Source of the DNA: Bacillota bacterium
GTDB lineage: Bacteria; Bacillota; JAAYKD01
Assembly: GCA_963666425.2 (NCBI GenBank)
Contig: OY762825.2
Coordinates: 1,632,001 to 1,696,000, forward strand
Direction of reading: 5' to 3'
Length of the DNA: 64,000 nucleotides
Positions 19,419-28,399 of this stretch are shown here, piece by piece; the first letter of the stretch is position 1; every line of letters begins with the position of its first letter. Position numbers and translations under genes: made by a program. The notes beneath the pieces are model-generated. The model searched no databases. It was not told where the DNA came from and saw only the letters and a program-made list of their open reading frames with translations.

Positions 19419-20029
19419 AGGGTTTACTGCTCAAGGATTTGATCAATCTAAAATCTCAGATGAAAATTTTAGGTCTCTTGCTGCTATTTTACATTTTCCT
19501 TGCGTATCAAAACCGTGATCTGGCGTTCTTAAGCGGCATGCTGATGATCTTGTCGGTGATGCTGTCGATTACCAGTATTTCTTTTGATGAACGCGCCAAG
19601 TGGGATAAGTACGCTCTGACCATGCCGCTCAGCCGCCGGCAATTGGTCTTCAGCAAATACATCCTGAATTTACTCTCGATTACGGCCGGTTGCCTGATCA
19701 TTTTTGCCGTCCTGCCTTTGCTGGGCGGGTTTGGTCAGGAGAATTTGCTTATTCTGGCTGCCACCAGCGGTGCGGCACTCCTGATGAACTCCCTCCTGCT
19801 TCCGATTATGTTCAAATTTGGCGTCGAAAAAGGCCGCTATATTTTAGTCATGCTGATCCTGATTCCTTCCGTGCTCACCATGCTGCTGCCGAAATCCATC
19901 CGGTTTGATTTGACTGTGCTGGATCAATTCTCATCCTTGTTGGCAATCGCTTTCTCTCTGCTCGTGATTGGTGCGTTTGCAGTTTCGCTGTTGCTTTCCG
20001 TGAAAATCATGGAAGCGAAAGAATTATAA
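19415..20029 (+). CDS. ABC-2 type permease
   Basis: MKGLLLKD, W.KYALTMPLSR..LV.SKY; about 6 TM segments. Confidence 0.88.
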   Translation: MKGLLLKDLINLKSQMKILGLLLLFYIFLAYQNRDLAFLSGMLMILSVMLSITSISFDERAKWDKYALTMPLSRRQLVFSKYILNLLSITAGCLIIFAVLPLLGGFGQENLLILAATSGAALLMNSLLLPIMFKFGVEKGRYILVMLILIPSVLTMLLPKSIRFDLTVLDQFSSLLAIAFSLLVIGAFAVSLLLSVKIMEAKEL

Positions 20030-20037
20030 AACCTCTG

Positions 20038-20075
20038 ACCGCTGTACTGCCCAATTTCTCGGGCAGTACAGCGGT
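20038..20075 (+). terminator. Hairpin after ABC operon (probable terminator)
   Basis: 15-bp perfect stem ACCGCTGTACTGCCC/GGGCAGTACAGCGGT with 8-nt loop; weak U-tract. Confidence 0.6.
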
Positions 20076-20187
20076 TCTGATTCTTCTTGCATTCTCTTCC
20101 TGTTCAATGCTATAATAGATAAAGCAAAAAACAACTGAATTCCCCAAATGCCTTCGCAAACCAAAGGGAGTTTCAAGTGAGGAGTGA

Positions 20188-20934
20188 TTGATCGCGATGA
20201 AATTTATCCGCAGTTCCAATCGAGTGCTTTACGTCTCTTTGATCCTGCTGCTGGCCTTTGCACTCGCCCTGACCTGTCTTATCACACCGATCGAGCGCAA
20301 GAGAAATGCCGTCGTCGTCCAGGCTGCCTTGACGGAACAACAAATGACTGCCTACTCTTTGGCTGTCTCTTATTTCCGCAGCACCCAAATTGTCCTGCGA
20401 CTGAATAATCTGTCGTTGGGAGACAAAACCGTCTATAAAGAATTGAGCGGTATGATGGCTAAAGTCACCAAACAGCTCAAATTCGAACGCTTATATCTGC
20501 TTTACCGTTCCGGATCGGACTATTACTATTTAGCCGATCAGGCTTATCGCGATAATGGCACAGCCGGAATCGATTACTTTGATTTCAGCAGTAACTATCT
20601 GACCGGAATCTATGGCCGCGAGTGCAGAACCGCCCTGGAGAAAGCATTGAGCAGCAAGAGTGCCACTTTTGTCAATGAATTATTGGCCAACGGCAATGTC
20701 GTCAATTATCTGCCGATTTTTGATGAAAACGACAATGTCATTGCTTTTCAAGCCGTTGAAACAAAGCTTTCCACTGATACTTTTAATCGGCTCGGTGTGT
20801 TTGATTTGAATATCCTGAGCGGTGTTTTTGCCGTGATCACTTTGAGCTGCGCTGCTTATCTCTATTTTTGCTATAAAAAAGTGAATAAACAGACCCAAAC
20901 TCCACCTACAGCGGAAATAAAAACCTCAATCTGA
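20188..20934 (+). CDS. Hypothetical membrane protein: two TM helices flanking an extracytoplasmic domain
   Basis: Hydrophobic N- and C-terminal segments; upstream TGnTATAAT; C-terminal YLPIFDENDNVIAFQAVE is Cache-like. Confidence 0.7.
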   Translation: MIAMKFIRSSNRVLYVSLILLLAFALALTCLITPIERKRNAVVVQAALTEQQMTAYSLAVSYFRSTQIVLRLNNLSLGDKTVYKELSGMMAKVTKQLKFERLYLLYRSGSDYYYLADQAYRDNGTAGIDYFDFSSNYLTGIYGRECRTALEKALSSKSATFVNELLANGNVVNYLPIFDENDNVIAFQAVETKLSTDTFNRLGVFDLNILSGVFAVITLSCAAYLYFCYKKVNKQTQTPPTAEIKTSI

Positions 20935-20971
20935 CCTTCACTTTCCTGATATCTCCCTTTCAGCCGGCAAC

Positions 20972-21020
20972 AAAAAAGCAGGAGCGATAGTACACGAAGT
21001 ACTATGGCTCCTGCTTTTTT
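20972..21020. terminator. Bidirectional intrinsic terminator
   Basis: AAAAAAGCAGGAGCGATAGTAC...GTACTATGGCTCCTGCTTTTTT. Confidence 0.8.
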
Positions 21021-21053
21021 AATATTGCATCTCCGCTCGGAATGTTCAGACCA

Positions 21054-21359
21054 CTAAGTGACCCGCTTGAGCAGGATTTTTTTTTGGAAAGATCCGCGCT
21101 GCGCTGCTTTTTTCGACCTTTCTTGCTCCAATTGCGCAATGGTAAAGCCTTTGGCTTCGGTCAGCGCGTAAATCACTTCCAGCAAATCGGCTAGTTCAAT
21201 GATATTTTTGCTTTCCAGATATTCCGCTAACTCTTCCTCTAACTTCTCTTCCAGCAGCTGCAGGTAGGAAGCATCATCGAGGATTTCCCAATCCGCCTGG
21301 CTGCCGCCTGCTTCAATGATCTCGGGAATGCGATCGCGGACTAATTTATGATAGTTCAT
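21054..21359 (-). CDS. Nucleoside triphosphate pyrophosphohydrolase (all-alpha MazG/PRA-PH-like)
   Basis: YHKLVRDRIPEII, KLEEELAEY, ELADLLEV, RGSF. Confidence 0.85.
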   Translation of the reverse strand: MNYHKLVRDRIPEIIEAGGSQADWEILDDASYLQLLEEKLEEELAEYLESKNIIELADLLEVIYALTEAKGFTIAQLEQERSKKAAQRGSFQKKILLKRVT

Positions 21360-21403
21360 TAATGCTCACCTCGCAGGTTGATCTGATCAATAAAGTACCG
21401 CTG

Positions 21404-22081
21404 TTAGTGAGATTTTTGCACGATTTCTGCATTGTAATCATATTTTACCAGGCTATTAGGCGCAATATAGCCACGCAAAGAAAGCATGCTGTAAACCCAG
21501 GTATTTTTACCGATCACAGTACCAGGGGCGGTCACGCTGTTGCAGCCAATGGATACTCCATCGCCCAAAATGGCGCCAAATTTGCGCAAACCGGTAGGAA
21601 TCCGCTTGCCTTCCAGCCAGATATTGACCTGATCGCCACCCAATTTGAAATTAGCCAATTTTGTCCCGGCGCCTAAGTTCACGTCGCGTCCCAGGACACT
21701 GTCGCCCACATAGGCAAAATGCGGCGCGTGTGCTCCGGTTAACAAAATCGATCCCTTTAGTTCGGTGGCATGGCCAACGATGCAATTGTCTCCGATGATA
21801 TTGTTTTCTCTAATGTAGGCACCCTGACGGACCACGGTATTTTTACCGATATAAACCGGTCCTTTGATATACACATGCGGTTCAATAATACTGCCTTCGC
21901 CAATCGCAACCGCTCCTTCCAGAACGGCAGTTGGGTGTACGCTGCCCAAAATCGGACCTTTTGCCAGTTCAGCGGCGGCTGCATTGACTTTCGGCAGGAC
22001 TTGCCAAATCAGTTCACAGTCAGCAAATAAAAACGCCAAGGGTTCCTGACTCAAATCAAAAAAATCTTTTACCTCAAACAT
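21404..22081 (-). CDS. Stand-alone hexapeptide-repeat acyltransferase (GlmU C-terminal-like)
   Basis: LbH repeats; APHFAYVGDSVLG..VNLGAGT..AN; RBS GGAGGT supports start at 22081. Confidence 0.8.
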   Translation of the reverse strand: MFEVKDFFDLSQEPLAFLFADCELIWQVLPKVNAAAAELAKGPILGSVHPTAVLEGAVAIGEGSIIEPHVYIKGPVYIGKNTVVRQGAYIRENNIIGDNCIVGHATELKGSILLTGAHAPHFAYVGDSVLGRDVNLGAGTKLANFKLGGDQVNIWLEGKRIPTGLRKFGAILGDGVSIGCNSVTAPGTVIGKNTWVYSMLSLRGYIAPNSLVKYDYNAEIVQKSH

Positions 22082-22128
22082 GATACCTCCATCCCTTCCA
22101 TTCCAAATTGAGCGAACGACACAGGGCA

Positions 22129-22144
22129 TGTTTCACGTGAAACA
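22129..22144. promoter_or_regulatory. parS centromere site 1
   Basis: Perfect TGTTTCACGTGAAACA. Confidence 0.95.
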
Positions 22145-22154
22145 TCATCGCCTC

Positions 22155-23453
22155 TTAGTTATCACATTTTTCTTTTTCATTGATCATCATTTTGATGATC
22201 TCTTCGTTGGTTTCTTTCATACCATCTTTTCCCAAACGATAAATATTGCGGATAGTGGCTTCCACATCATCACTGACGATGCCATCTCCAGCATAAAACT
22301 GCTGTCCGTGCTGATACATTTGCCAACCAAGCAGGCCGGCATCCACGGCTGTGGCAATTTTGGCCGCACAGGAAGCTTTGGCGCCATCACAAATCATCCC
22401 GGATTCGATAGCCAGGGCATTCACCAGCGTGTGAACCACCTCTGTCAAGCCACCGCCATGCAAATAAGCGATCCCACAGCCGGCAGCCGCACCGGCGCCG
22501 ACGGCACCGCAATAAGCCGAAAGTTTACCGATCCCGGATTTGATATGAATGGCAATCAAATTGGAAAGCGCTAAGGCCCGATAAAGCGCTTCTTCCGTCG
22601 CCTGCAGATTGCGGGCGTAGAGAATAACCGGCACCGAAACGGTAATCCCCTGATTGCCGCTGCCGGAATTGATAATCACAGGCAGTTCACAGCCGCTCAT
22701 CCTGGCATCGGAGCCGGCTGCTGTCAGCGCTCTGGCTTTTACCCGGATATCGTCGCTATCGTATGAAGATAGAATCACGCGGCCAATATTGGCACCGTAA
22801 TGACCGTGAATCCCTTCTTCTGCGATAGCCATATTATATTTCATCTGACGTGTCAAGACGGGTTTGATCTCTTTCAGTTCAACCGTGGTGATAAAATCCC
22901 AAATGTCAACCATATTCAGCAGAGAGCGATCCGTTGCATGCTCTGCGCCTTGATTGGTGACATCCGCTTGATAAAGCACACAGCCGTTTTTCTCAATATA
23001 AACAATATTGGTATGATCATTAACGATACGGACCTTCGCTGATTCCTGGCCTTTTTGCACCGAGACAAGAATATCAAAATTCAGTCCGGATTGGCTGAGT
23101 TCCACTTCGATTGGGGTCTGATCCAGATAATCCTTCATCTGTGTGATCTGTTCTTCGCTTACTTCGCTGAGAACTTCCAATTCACAGTCTGCTTTTCCGG
23201 CAATAATACCGGCAGCAGCGGCGGCTTCAATCCCCTTCAAGTGATTGGTATTGGGGACGATCACCGATTTCACATTCTTAATGATACTGCCGCTGGCTTC
23301 GACATGAACCTGCTCCGGCAGGACACCCAACGTTTCTCTGGCTTTGGCAGCCGCATAAGCCAAAGCGATCGGTTCGGTACAGCCCATCGCCGGGACTAAT
23401 TCTTCTTTCAAAATTTGAATATATGCATGATCGCGCTGATTTACTTTATCCAT
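22155..23453 (-). CDS. L-cysteine desulfidase / serine dehydratase alpha-like (YhaM/CyuA, UPF0597)
   Basis: PAMGCTEPIA, AAGSDARMSG, SGSGNQG, LSAYCG, GMICDGAKASCA. Confidence 0.88.
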   Translation of the reverse strand: MDKVNQRDHAYIQILKEELVPAMGCTEPIALAYAAAKARETLGVLPEQVHVEASGSIIKNVKSVIVPNTNHLKGIEAAAAAGIIAGKADCELEVLSEVSEEQITQMKDYLDQTPIEVELSQSGLNFDILVSVQKGQESAKVRIVNDHTNIVYIEKNGCVLYQADVTNQGAEHATDRSLLNMVDIWDFITTVELKEIKPVLTRQMKYNMAIAEEGIHGHYGANIGRVILSSYDSDDIRVKARALTAAGSDARMSGCELPVIINSGSGNQGITVSVPVILYARNLQATEEALYRALALSNLIAIHIKSGIGKLSAYCGAVGAGAAAGCGIAYLHGGGLTEVVHTLVNALAIESGMICDGAKASCAAKIATAVDAGLLGWQMYQHGQQFYAGDGIVSDDVEATIRNIYRLGKDGMKETNEEIIKMMINEKEKCDN

Positions 23454-23594
23454 GTTGTCTACTTCCTTACTTCAATTTTAACATTTGGCACCGTACTGAG
23501 CCTGCGTTCTGAAGCCGAATTATAACATAGAAGGTTTGAAATGACAACCTAGTTGGCTTTCGTTTTGGGTAGGTTTTTGTCAAACAGGTACTGA

Positions 23595-23610
23595 TGTTTC
23601 ACGTGAAACA
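23595..23610. promoter_or_regulatory. parS centromere site 2
   Basis: Perfect TGTTTCACGTGAAACA, extended to a 22-bp palindrome (23592-23613). Confidence 0.95.
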
Positions 23611-23629
23611 TCACCGATACCTGAATGGT

Positions 23630-24784
23630 TTACTTTTTCTTCACTTCGTAACACAATGTTTCCACCGCTTCTACTAATTCTTCGAGATCTTGACCGGTAT
23701 TAAAACAACCCACACTGACCCGCACGGTCCCGTGCGGCAGAGTGCCACCGGTTTCATGTGCCCAATAAGCGGATTGCAAACCGGTTCTGACACAAATATC
23801 CCAACGATTGTTCAGCGCCACCCCAACTTGGGTGGAAATCATGCCCAGAATATTGAAGGAGAGGATCGCTACTTTTTCTGTTCCCGGTGCCGGTCCATAG
23901 AGGACAACCCCATCGATCTCACTGAGAGCGTGATAAATTGTTTCGATTTTCCGGAGATCACTTTGATACATCTTTTTCAGACCTTGTTCCCGAATAAAAT
24001 CAATACCTTCCCCCAAACCGGCAATTCCCGGCATATTTGGTGTGCCGGCTTCAAAACAATCCGGTAAATTCTTTGGCATCGGCAGTTGTTCGGCATAATC
24101 CCCGGTCTCACCGTAACGCCAAATATTCAAATTGGTATCCTGATTGCGGATCAGTAATAAACCAACTCCCTGCGGGCCGTATAAACCTTTATGCCCGGAG
24201 CAAGCCAAATAGTCGATCCCCATCTCTTCCATATCAATCGGGATCGAACCGACGGTCTGAGCCGCATCCACCAATAATGTCAAGCCATAAGCGTGCGCCA
24301 GACGCGCCAAACCATCCAAATCGGATAAAGTACCGAATACATTGGAGGCATGATTCCAAACAATCATCCTGGTATTGGGACGAATTGCTTCCTCCACGCG
24401 GGCTAAGCGAAAGCCGCAGTCCGGGCTAGTGTAAATTTTCGTTGTCGAGATTCCTTTGCTTTCCAAGGCATAAAGCGTTCTGGCGACGGCATTGTGTTCC
24501 AACGAACTGGTGATAACATGATCTCCAGGTTTTAGCAAACCTTGCAGGACCGCATTGATGGCTTCGGTCGCGTTAGCGGTAAAAACGACGCCTCGCGGAC
24601 TGCCTAAGCCAAAGAAATCGGCTACTTTTTCCCTGGTGCGCTGCACCATGTTCGCCGCATCCATGGATAACCCGTAATTGCCACGGCCGGGATTGGCTCC
24701 GATATTGGTTAAAAGATAATTGACAGCTTCCACAACGCGGATGGGTTTCGGCCAACTGGTCGCCGCTTGATCCAAATATATCAT
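23630..24784 (-). CDS. Class V PLP-dependent enzyme, cysteine desulfurase-like (catalytic Cys absent)
   Basis: MIYLDQAATSWPKP, LEHNAV, VDAAQT, SGHKGLYGP (PLP Lys); RTGLQSA in place of RTGLHCA. Confidence 0.85.
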   Translation of the reverse strand: MIYLDQAATSWPKPIRVVEAVNYLLTNIGANPGRGNYGLSMDAANMVQRTREKVADFFGLGSPRGVVFTANATEAINAVLQGLLKPGDHVITSSLEHNAVARTLYALESKGISTTKIYTSPDCGFRLARVEEAIRPNTRMIVWNHASNVFGTLSDLDGLARLAHAYGLTLLVDAAQTVGSIPIDMEEMGIDYLACSGHKGLYGPQGVGLLLIRNQDTNLNIWRYGETGDYAEQLPMPKNLPDCFEAGTPNMPGIAGLGEGIDFIREQGLKKMYQSDLRKIETIYHALSEIDGVVLYGPAPGTEKVAILSFNILGMISTQVGVALNNRWDICVRTGLQSAYWAHETGGTLPHGTVRVSVGCFNTGQDLEELVEAVETLCYEVKKK

Positions 24785-24813
24785 ATTCTACGCCTCCAAA
24801 ATGATAATTGTTG

Positions 24814-25692
24814 CTATTCTTTCGTTGGCTGACTGTTGATTAACCGATCCAGTAATCGCTGTAATTCGTCTTCGTCAAAAAAAGTAATTTCAATTTTACC
24901 GCCTTTGCCTTTGGATTTGATGCGGGCTTTGGTTTGCAGAATTGTTTTTAATTGCGACTCCCAATGCGATAGTAAAGCCATTCGTTTTGTCAGTGTCTCT
25001 GCTTTGGCTTTGACTTGCGCTTTATCCGGCTGCAAGGTTGCCTGCACCAGATCTTCCAGCTGGCGAACGCTCATATTTTTCGATTTGATCAGTTCTACAT
25101 AAAGCAGCTGCAGGGCAGGCTTCAAGGGCAAAAGGGCTCTGGCATGTCCCATCGAAATGGAACCGTTGATCAGTTCTGCTTGGATTTCTCTGGGCAGCTG
25201 CAGTAAACGTAAAATATTGGTCAGATGCGGACGGCTTTTGCCTACCTTATCGGCCAATTCTTCTTGTGAATAACCGAATTCCAGGATCAAGCGCTGGTAA
25301 GCAGTCGCTTCTTCTATGGCATTCAGGTCCTGACGCTGAATATTTTCAATCAAAGCCATTTCTGCCGCTTGTTTATCACTTAACAGTCGGACAACCGCTG
25401 GTACGGTTTTCATTCCCACCATCGCGGCAGCCCGCCAGCGGCGTTCACCGGCCACCAATTCATAGCCATCTGCAACAAGACGCAGGATCAGAGGCTCCAG
25501 CACACCATGTTCCCGGATCGAATTGGCCAATTCCTGTAAGCCTTCTGCCTGAAAGCCGCTGCGAGGCTGATAAGGGTTGGCTTTGATCTCGCTGATTGCG
25601 ATTTGCTGGATTTGTTCACCGCTTTGGAACTCCGGTTCTGTGGGAATCAAAGAGCTTAACCCTCTGCCCAAACCTGTTTTTTTAATGCTCAT
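24814..25692 (-). CDS. parB: Chromosome partitioning protein ParB/Spo0J
   Basis: GLGRGL, NPYQPR, GERRWRA, ENIQRQDLN, GKSR HTH. Confidence 0.96.
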   Translation of the reverse strand: MSIKKTGLGRGLSSLIPTEPEFQSGEQIQQIAISEIKANPYQPRSGFQAEGLQELANSIREHGVLEPLILRLVADGYELVAGERRWRAAAMVGMKTVPAVVRLLSDKQAAEMALIENIQRQDLNAIEEATAYQRLILEFGYSQEELADKVGKSRPHLTNILRLLQLPREIQAELINGSISMGHARALLPLKPALQLLYVELIKSKNMSVRQLEDLVQATLQPDKAQVKAKAETLTKRMALLSHWESQLKTILQTKARIKSKGKGGKIEITFFDEDELQRLLDRLINSQPTKE

Positions 25693-26446
25693 GCTTGATT
25701 ACCTCCAACGCCAGAGCGGCGTAGCTCTCGGCACCTTTGCTGCGGGGATCATATAGGGCAATCGGCAAACCGTGACTGGGAGCCTCGCTGAGCCGAACAT
25801 TACGTGGAATCACCGTTTCATAAACACGGCTGCCAAAATGAGCGCGCACATCTTCCACAACCTGCTGGGCTAAATTGATGCGATTATCATACATAGTCAT
25901 CAGGACGCCTTCGATTTCCAAGCTTTTATTCAGATGTTTCTGCACCAAATGAATCGTATTCGTCAATTGGCTGACTCCTTCCAAAGCAAAAAACTCACAT
26001 TGGATGGGAATCAAAACCGAATCTGCCGCTGTCAGGGCATTAATCGTCAGCAAGCCAAGCGAAGGTGGACAATCAATAAAGATATAATCATAGTATTGCC
26101 GCAAAGAAGCCAATGCTTCTTTCAGACGGTATTCCCGGCTCATCAGGGATACCATTTCAATTTCGGCTGCAGCCAATTCCACCCCGGCGGGGATGATACT
26201 CAAATTCTCCTGAGGGGTTGCCAAAATCATCTGGTGCGCAGCAATGTTCTCCAACAGCAAATCGTAGGTATTATATTTCAGCTTGCTTTTGTCAATCCCT
26301 AACCCGCTGGAGCTGTTGCCCTGCGGATCCAAATCGACCAGTAAGGTTCGGCGGCTCAACTGCGCCAAGGCTGCGGTCAAATTAACAGCGGTTGTGGTTT
26401 TTCCCACACCGCCTTTTTGGTTCACGATTGCGATTATTTTACTCAA
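25682..26446 (-). CDS. parA: Chromosome partitioning ATPase ParA/Soj
   Basis: NQKGGVGKTT, DLDPQGN, IDCPPSLG, PRNVRLSEAPSHG. Confidence 0.96.
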   Translation of the reverse strand: MSKIIAIVNQKGGVGKTTTAVNLTAALAQLSRRTLLVDLDPQGNSSSGLGIDKSKLKYNTYDLLLENIAAHQMILATPQENLSIIPAGVELAAAEIEMVSLMSREYRLKEALASLRQYYDYIFIDCPPSLGLLTINALTAADSVLIPIQCEFFALEGVSQLTNTIHLVQKHLNKSLEIEGVLMTMYDNRINLAQQVVEDVRAHFGSRVYETVIPRNVRLSEAPSHGLPIALYDPRSKGAESYAALALEVIKHEH

Positions 26447-26709
26447 AATTCATACACCGACCTTTATGTCTAGCCTATCCTGTTTATTCGTGAAGTATTT
26501 TTAACAATCCTGCCGAAATAATTTGTCTAAACTATGAAATGCGAATTCATTCCGGTTATTCAAAAGAAAAGCAAATGAAATTCTGTTTTATGCGGCAGAC
26601 TGCGGTCAGTCTGCCCAGAGGACCGTAACATTTGAGCCAAGGAAACCGACCGGACTGCCGCCCTTGGGACAAGGCAATCAATTTCGACTGAAATCACAGT
26701 CATCCCCGA

Positions 26710-26725
26710 TGTTTCACGTGAAACA
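26710..26725. promoter_or_regulatory. parS centromere site 3
   Basis: Perfect TGTTTCACGTGAAACA inside a 32-bp perfect palindrome (26702-26733). Confidence 0.95.
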
Positions 26726-26918
26726 TCGGGGATTTTGGCGGCTCATCAGTATGCAGAAAGCAGAGAGGTAAAATCAACCATTTCGCTGAAGCGCAGCAGG
26801 CATTATTTTCCGCTTTGCCAGAATTCAGCTTGCTTTCTAATCTTTCGCGTGCTAAAATATCGGTGAACAGCATATCAGAGAATCTGATATGCCATAATAT
26901 GACAGGAGGATTGTTCAG

Positions 26919-28262
26919 ATGAAAAACGCCAAACCGATCAGCAGTAGTATGGTTGAAAAATTCGATGCCGATTACAGCCACAGCAAGCATTACAAGGCAA
27001 TGACGCATGCCTTAGCCAAAAATGCAGTCAACACCGTAGCCTATGTCCAAAGCAGCACCGAATACACTGATGCCAAATTCTCCATTGACCTTCCCACCAT
27101 GACGGTAACCAACCAAAAATCCAGCGGTCGCTGCTGGTTATTTGCCGGTTTAAATGTATTGCGTGAAATAATCGGGAAAAAATATAATCTGGAGAATTTC
27201 GAATTCAGTCAGAATTTTATGGCCTTTTGGGATAAATTCGAGAAAATTAATTACTTTCTGGAAGCCACTCTCGACTTAGCCGATCGTCCTGTGGATGACC
27301 GCACCGTTGATTATCTGCTTCGCACCGGTATTCAGGATGGCGGCCAATGGGATATGATGGTCAGCCTGATCAAGAAATACGGTTTAGTACCCCAGGCCGC
27401 GATGAATGAAACCTTCCAAAGCAGCAACACGCGGGCAATGAATGGTCTGATCAATCAAAAATTGCGGCTTGATGCCGCTGCTTTGCGTGAAATGGTTGCC
27501 AAAAAGCAAGACAGGACGGCAATTGAAGCAGAGAAGAGCCGCATGCTGGATGAAATGTATCGTTTCCTTTGCATGAATTTTGGTCAGCCGCCAAAAACTT
27601 TCCAATTTGAATTTGTTGACAAAGATAAAAAATACCATTGTGAGAATAAGATCACTCCTCTCCGGTTTTATCAGGAGTATGTTGGTGATATTCTGGATGA
27701 ATATGTCTCGATCATCAACGCTCCCACCGCCGATAAGCCCTTCAATCAGACTTATACCGTAGATTATCTGGGCAATGTGGTAGGCGGCAACGAGATTCTC
27801 TACTTGAATCTGGAAATCGACACATTCAAACAGCTCGTCATCGCACAATTAAAGGATCAGGAAGTCGTTTGGTTTGGCAGCGACTGCGGCAAAGACGGCG
27901 AACGGGAAATCGGTGTTTGGGATGACACCGCTTACGATTATGAAACCGCTTTTGATCTGAAGTTTGGCATGAGCAAAGAAGTGGCTCTTGATTACCGTCA
28001 CAGCGCTATGAATCATGCCATGGTCATTACCGGTGTCAATCTGACCGATCGCGGCTGCGCTACGAAGTGGAAAATTCAGAACAGCTGGGGCGATACCGCC
28101 GGCCGCAAGGGTTATTTCCTGATGACAGATACCTGGTTTGATAAGTGGGTCTATCAGGCGGTCGTCAACCGGAAATATCTCTCTGCCGAGCAGCAAGAAA
28201 TTCTTAAAAAAACAGCCAAGCATCTCAATCCCTGGGATCCCATGGGTTCTCTGGCAGAATAA
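26919..28262 (+). CDS. pepC: Aminopeptidase C / bleomycin hydrolase (peptidase C1B)
   Basis: QKSSGRCWLF, NHAM, QNSWG, PWDPMGSLA. Confidence 0.93.
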   Translation: MKNAKPISSSMVEKFDADYSHSKHYKAMTHALAKNAVNTVAYVQSSTEYTDAKFSIDLPTMTVTNQKSSGRCWLFAGLNVLREIIGKKYNLENFEFSQNFMAFWDKFEKINYFLEATLDLADRPVDDRTVDYLLRTGIQDGGQWDMMVSLIKKYGLVPQAAMNETFQSSNTRAMNGLINQKLRLDAAALREMVAKKQDRTAIEAEKSRMLDEMYRFLCMNFGQPPKTFQFEFVDKDKKYHCENKITPLRFYQEYVGDILDEYVSIINAPTADKPFNQTYTVDYLGNVVGGNEILYLNLEIDTFKQLVIAQLKDQEVVWFGSDCGKDGEREIGVWDDTAYDYETAFDLKFGMSKEVALDYRHSAMNHAMVITGVNLTDRGCATKWKIQNSWGDTAGRKGYFLMTDTWFDKWVYQAVVNRKYLSAEQQEILKKTAKHLNPWDPMGSLAE

Positions 28263-28291
28263 TCCTCCGGCAATAAACAGGAATTACTCAA

Positions 28292-28329
28292 AAAATCGGT
28301 ACGGGACAAAAATGTTCCGTACCGATTTT
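28292..28329. terminator. Intrinsic terminator
   Basis: AAAATCGGTACGGGACA...TGTTCCGTACCGATTTT. Confidence 0.75.
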
Positions 28330-28399
28330 CTGTTTTCACAGGCAAGAATGCCGCAGCGTTGTCCAAAAAGCAGCCGGACTGTGCGCAGCACTTCACTGT

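Noticed and set aside
22129-26725. Repeated palindromes as CRISPR or REP repeats
   Set aside because: They are kilobases apart, with no spacers or cas genes, and match the parS consensus exactly.
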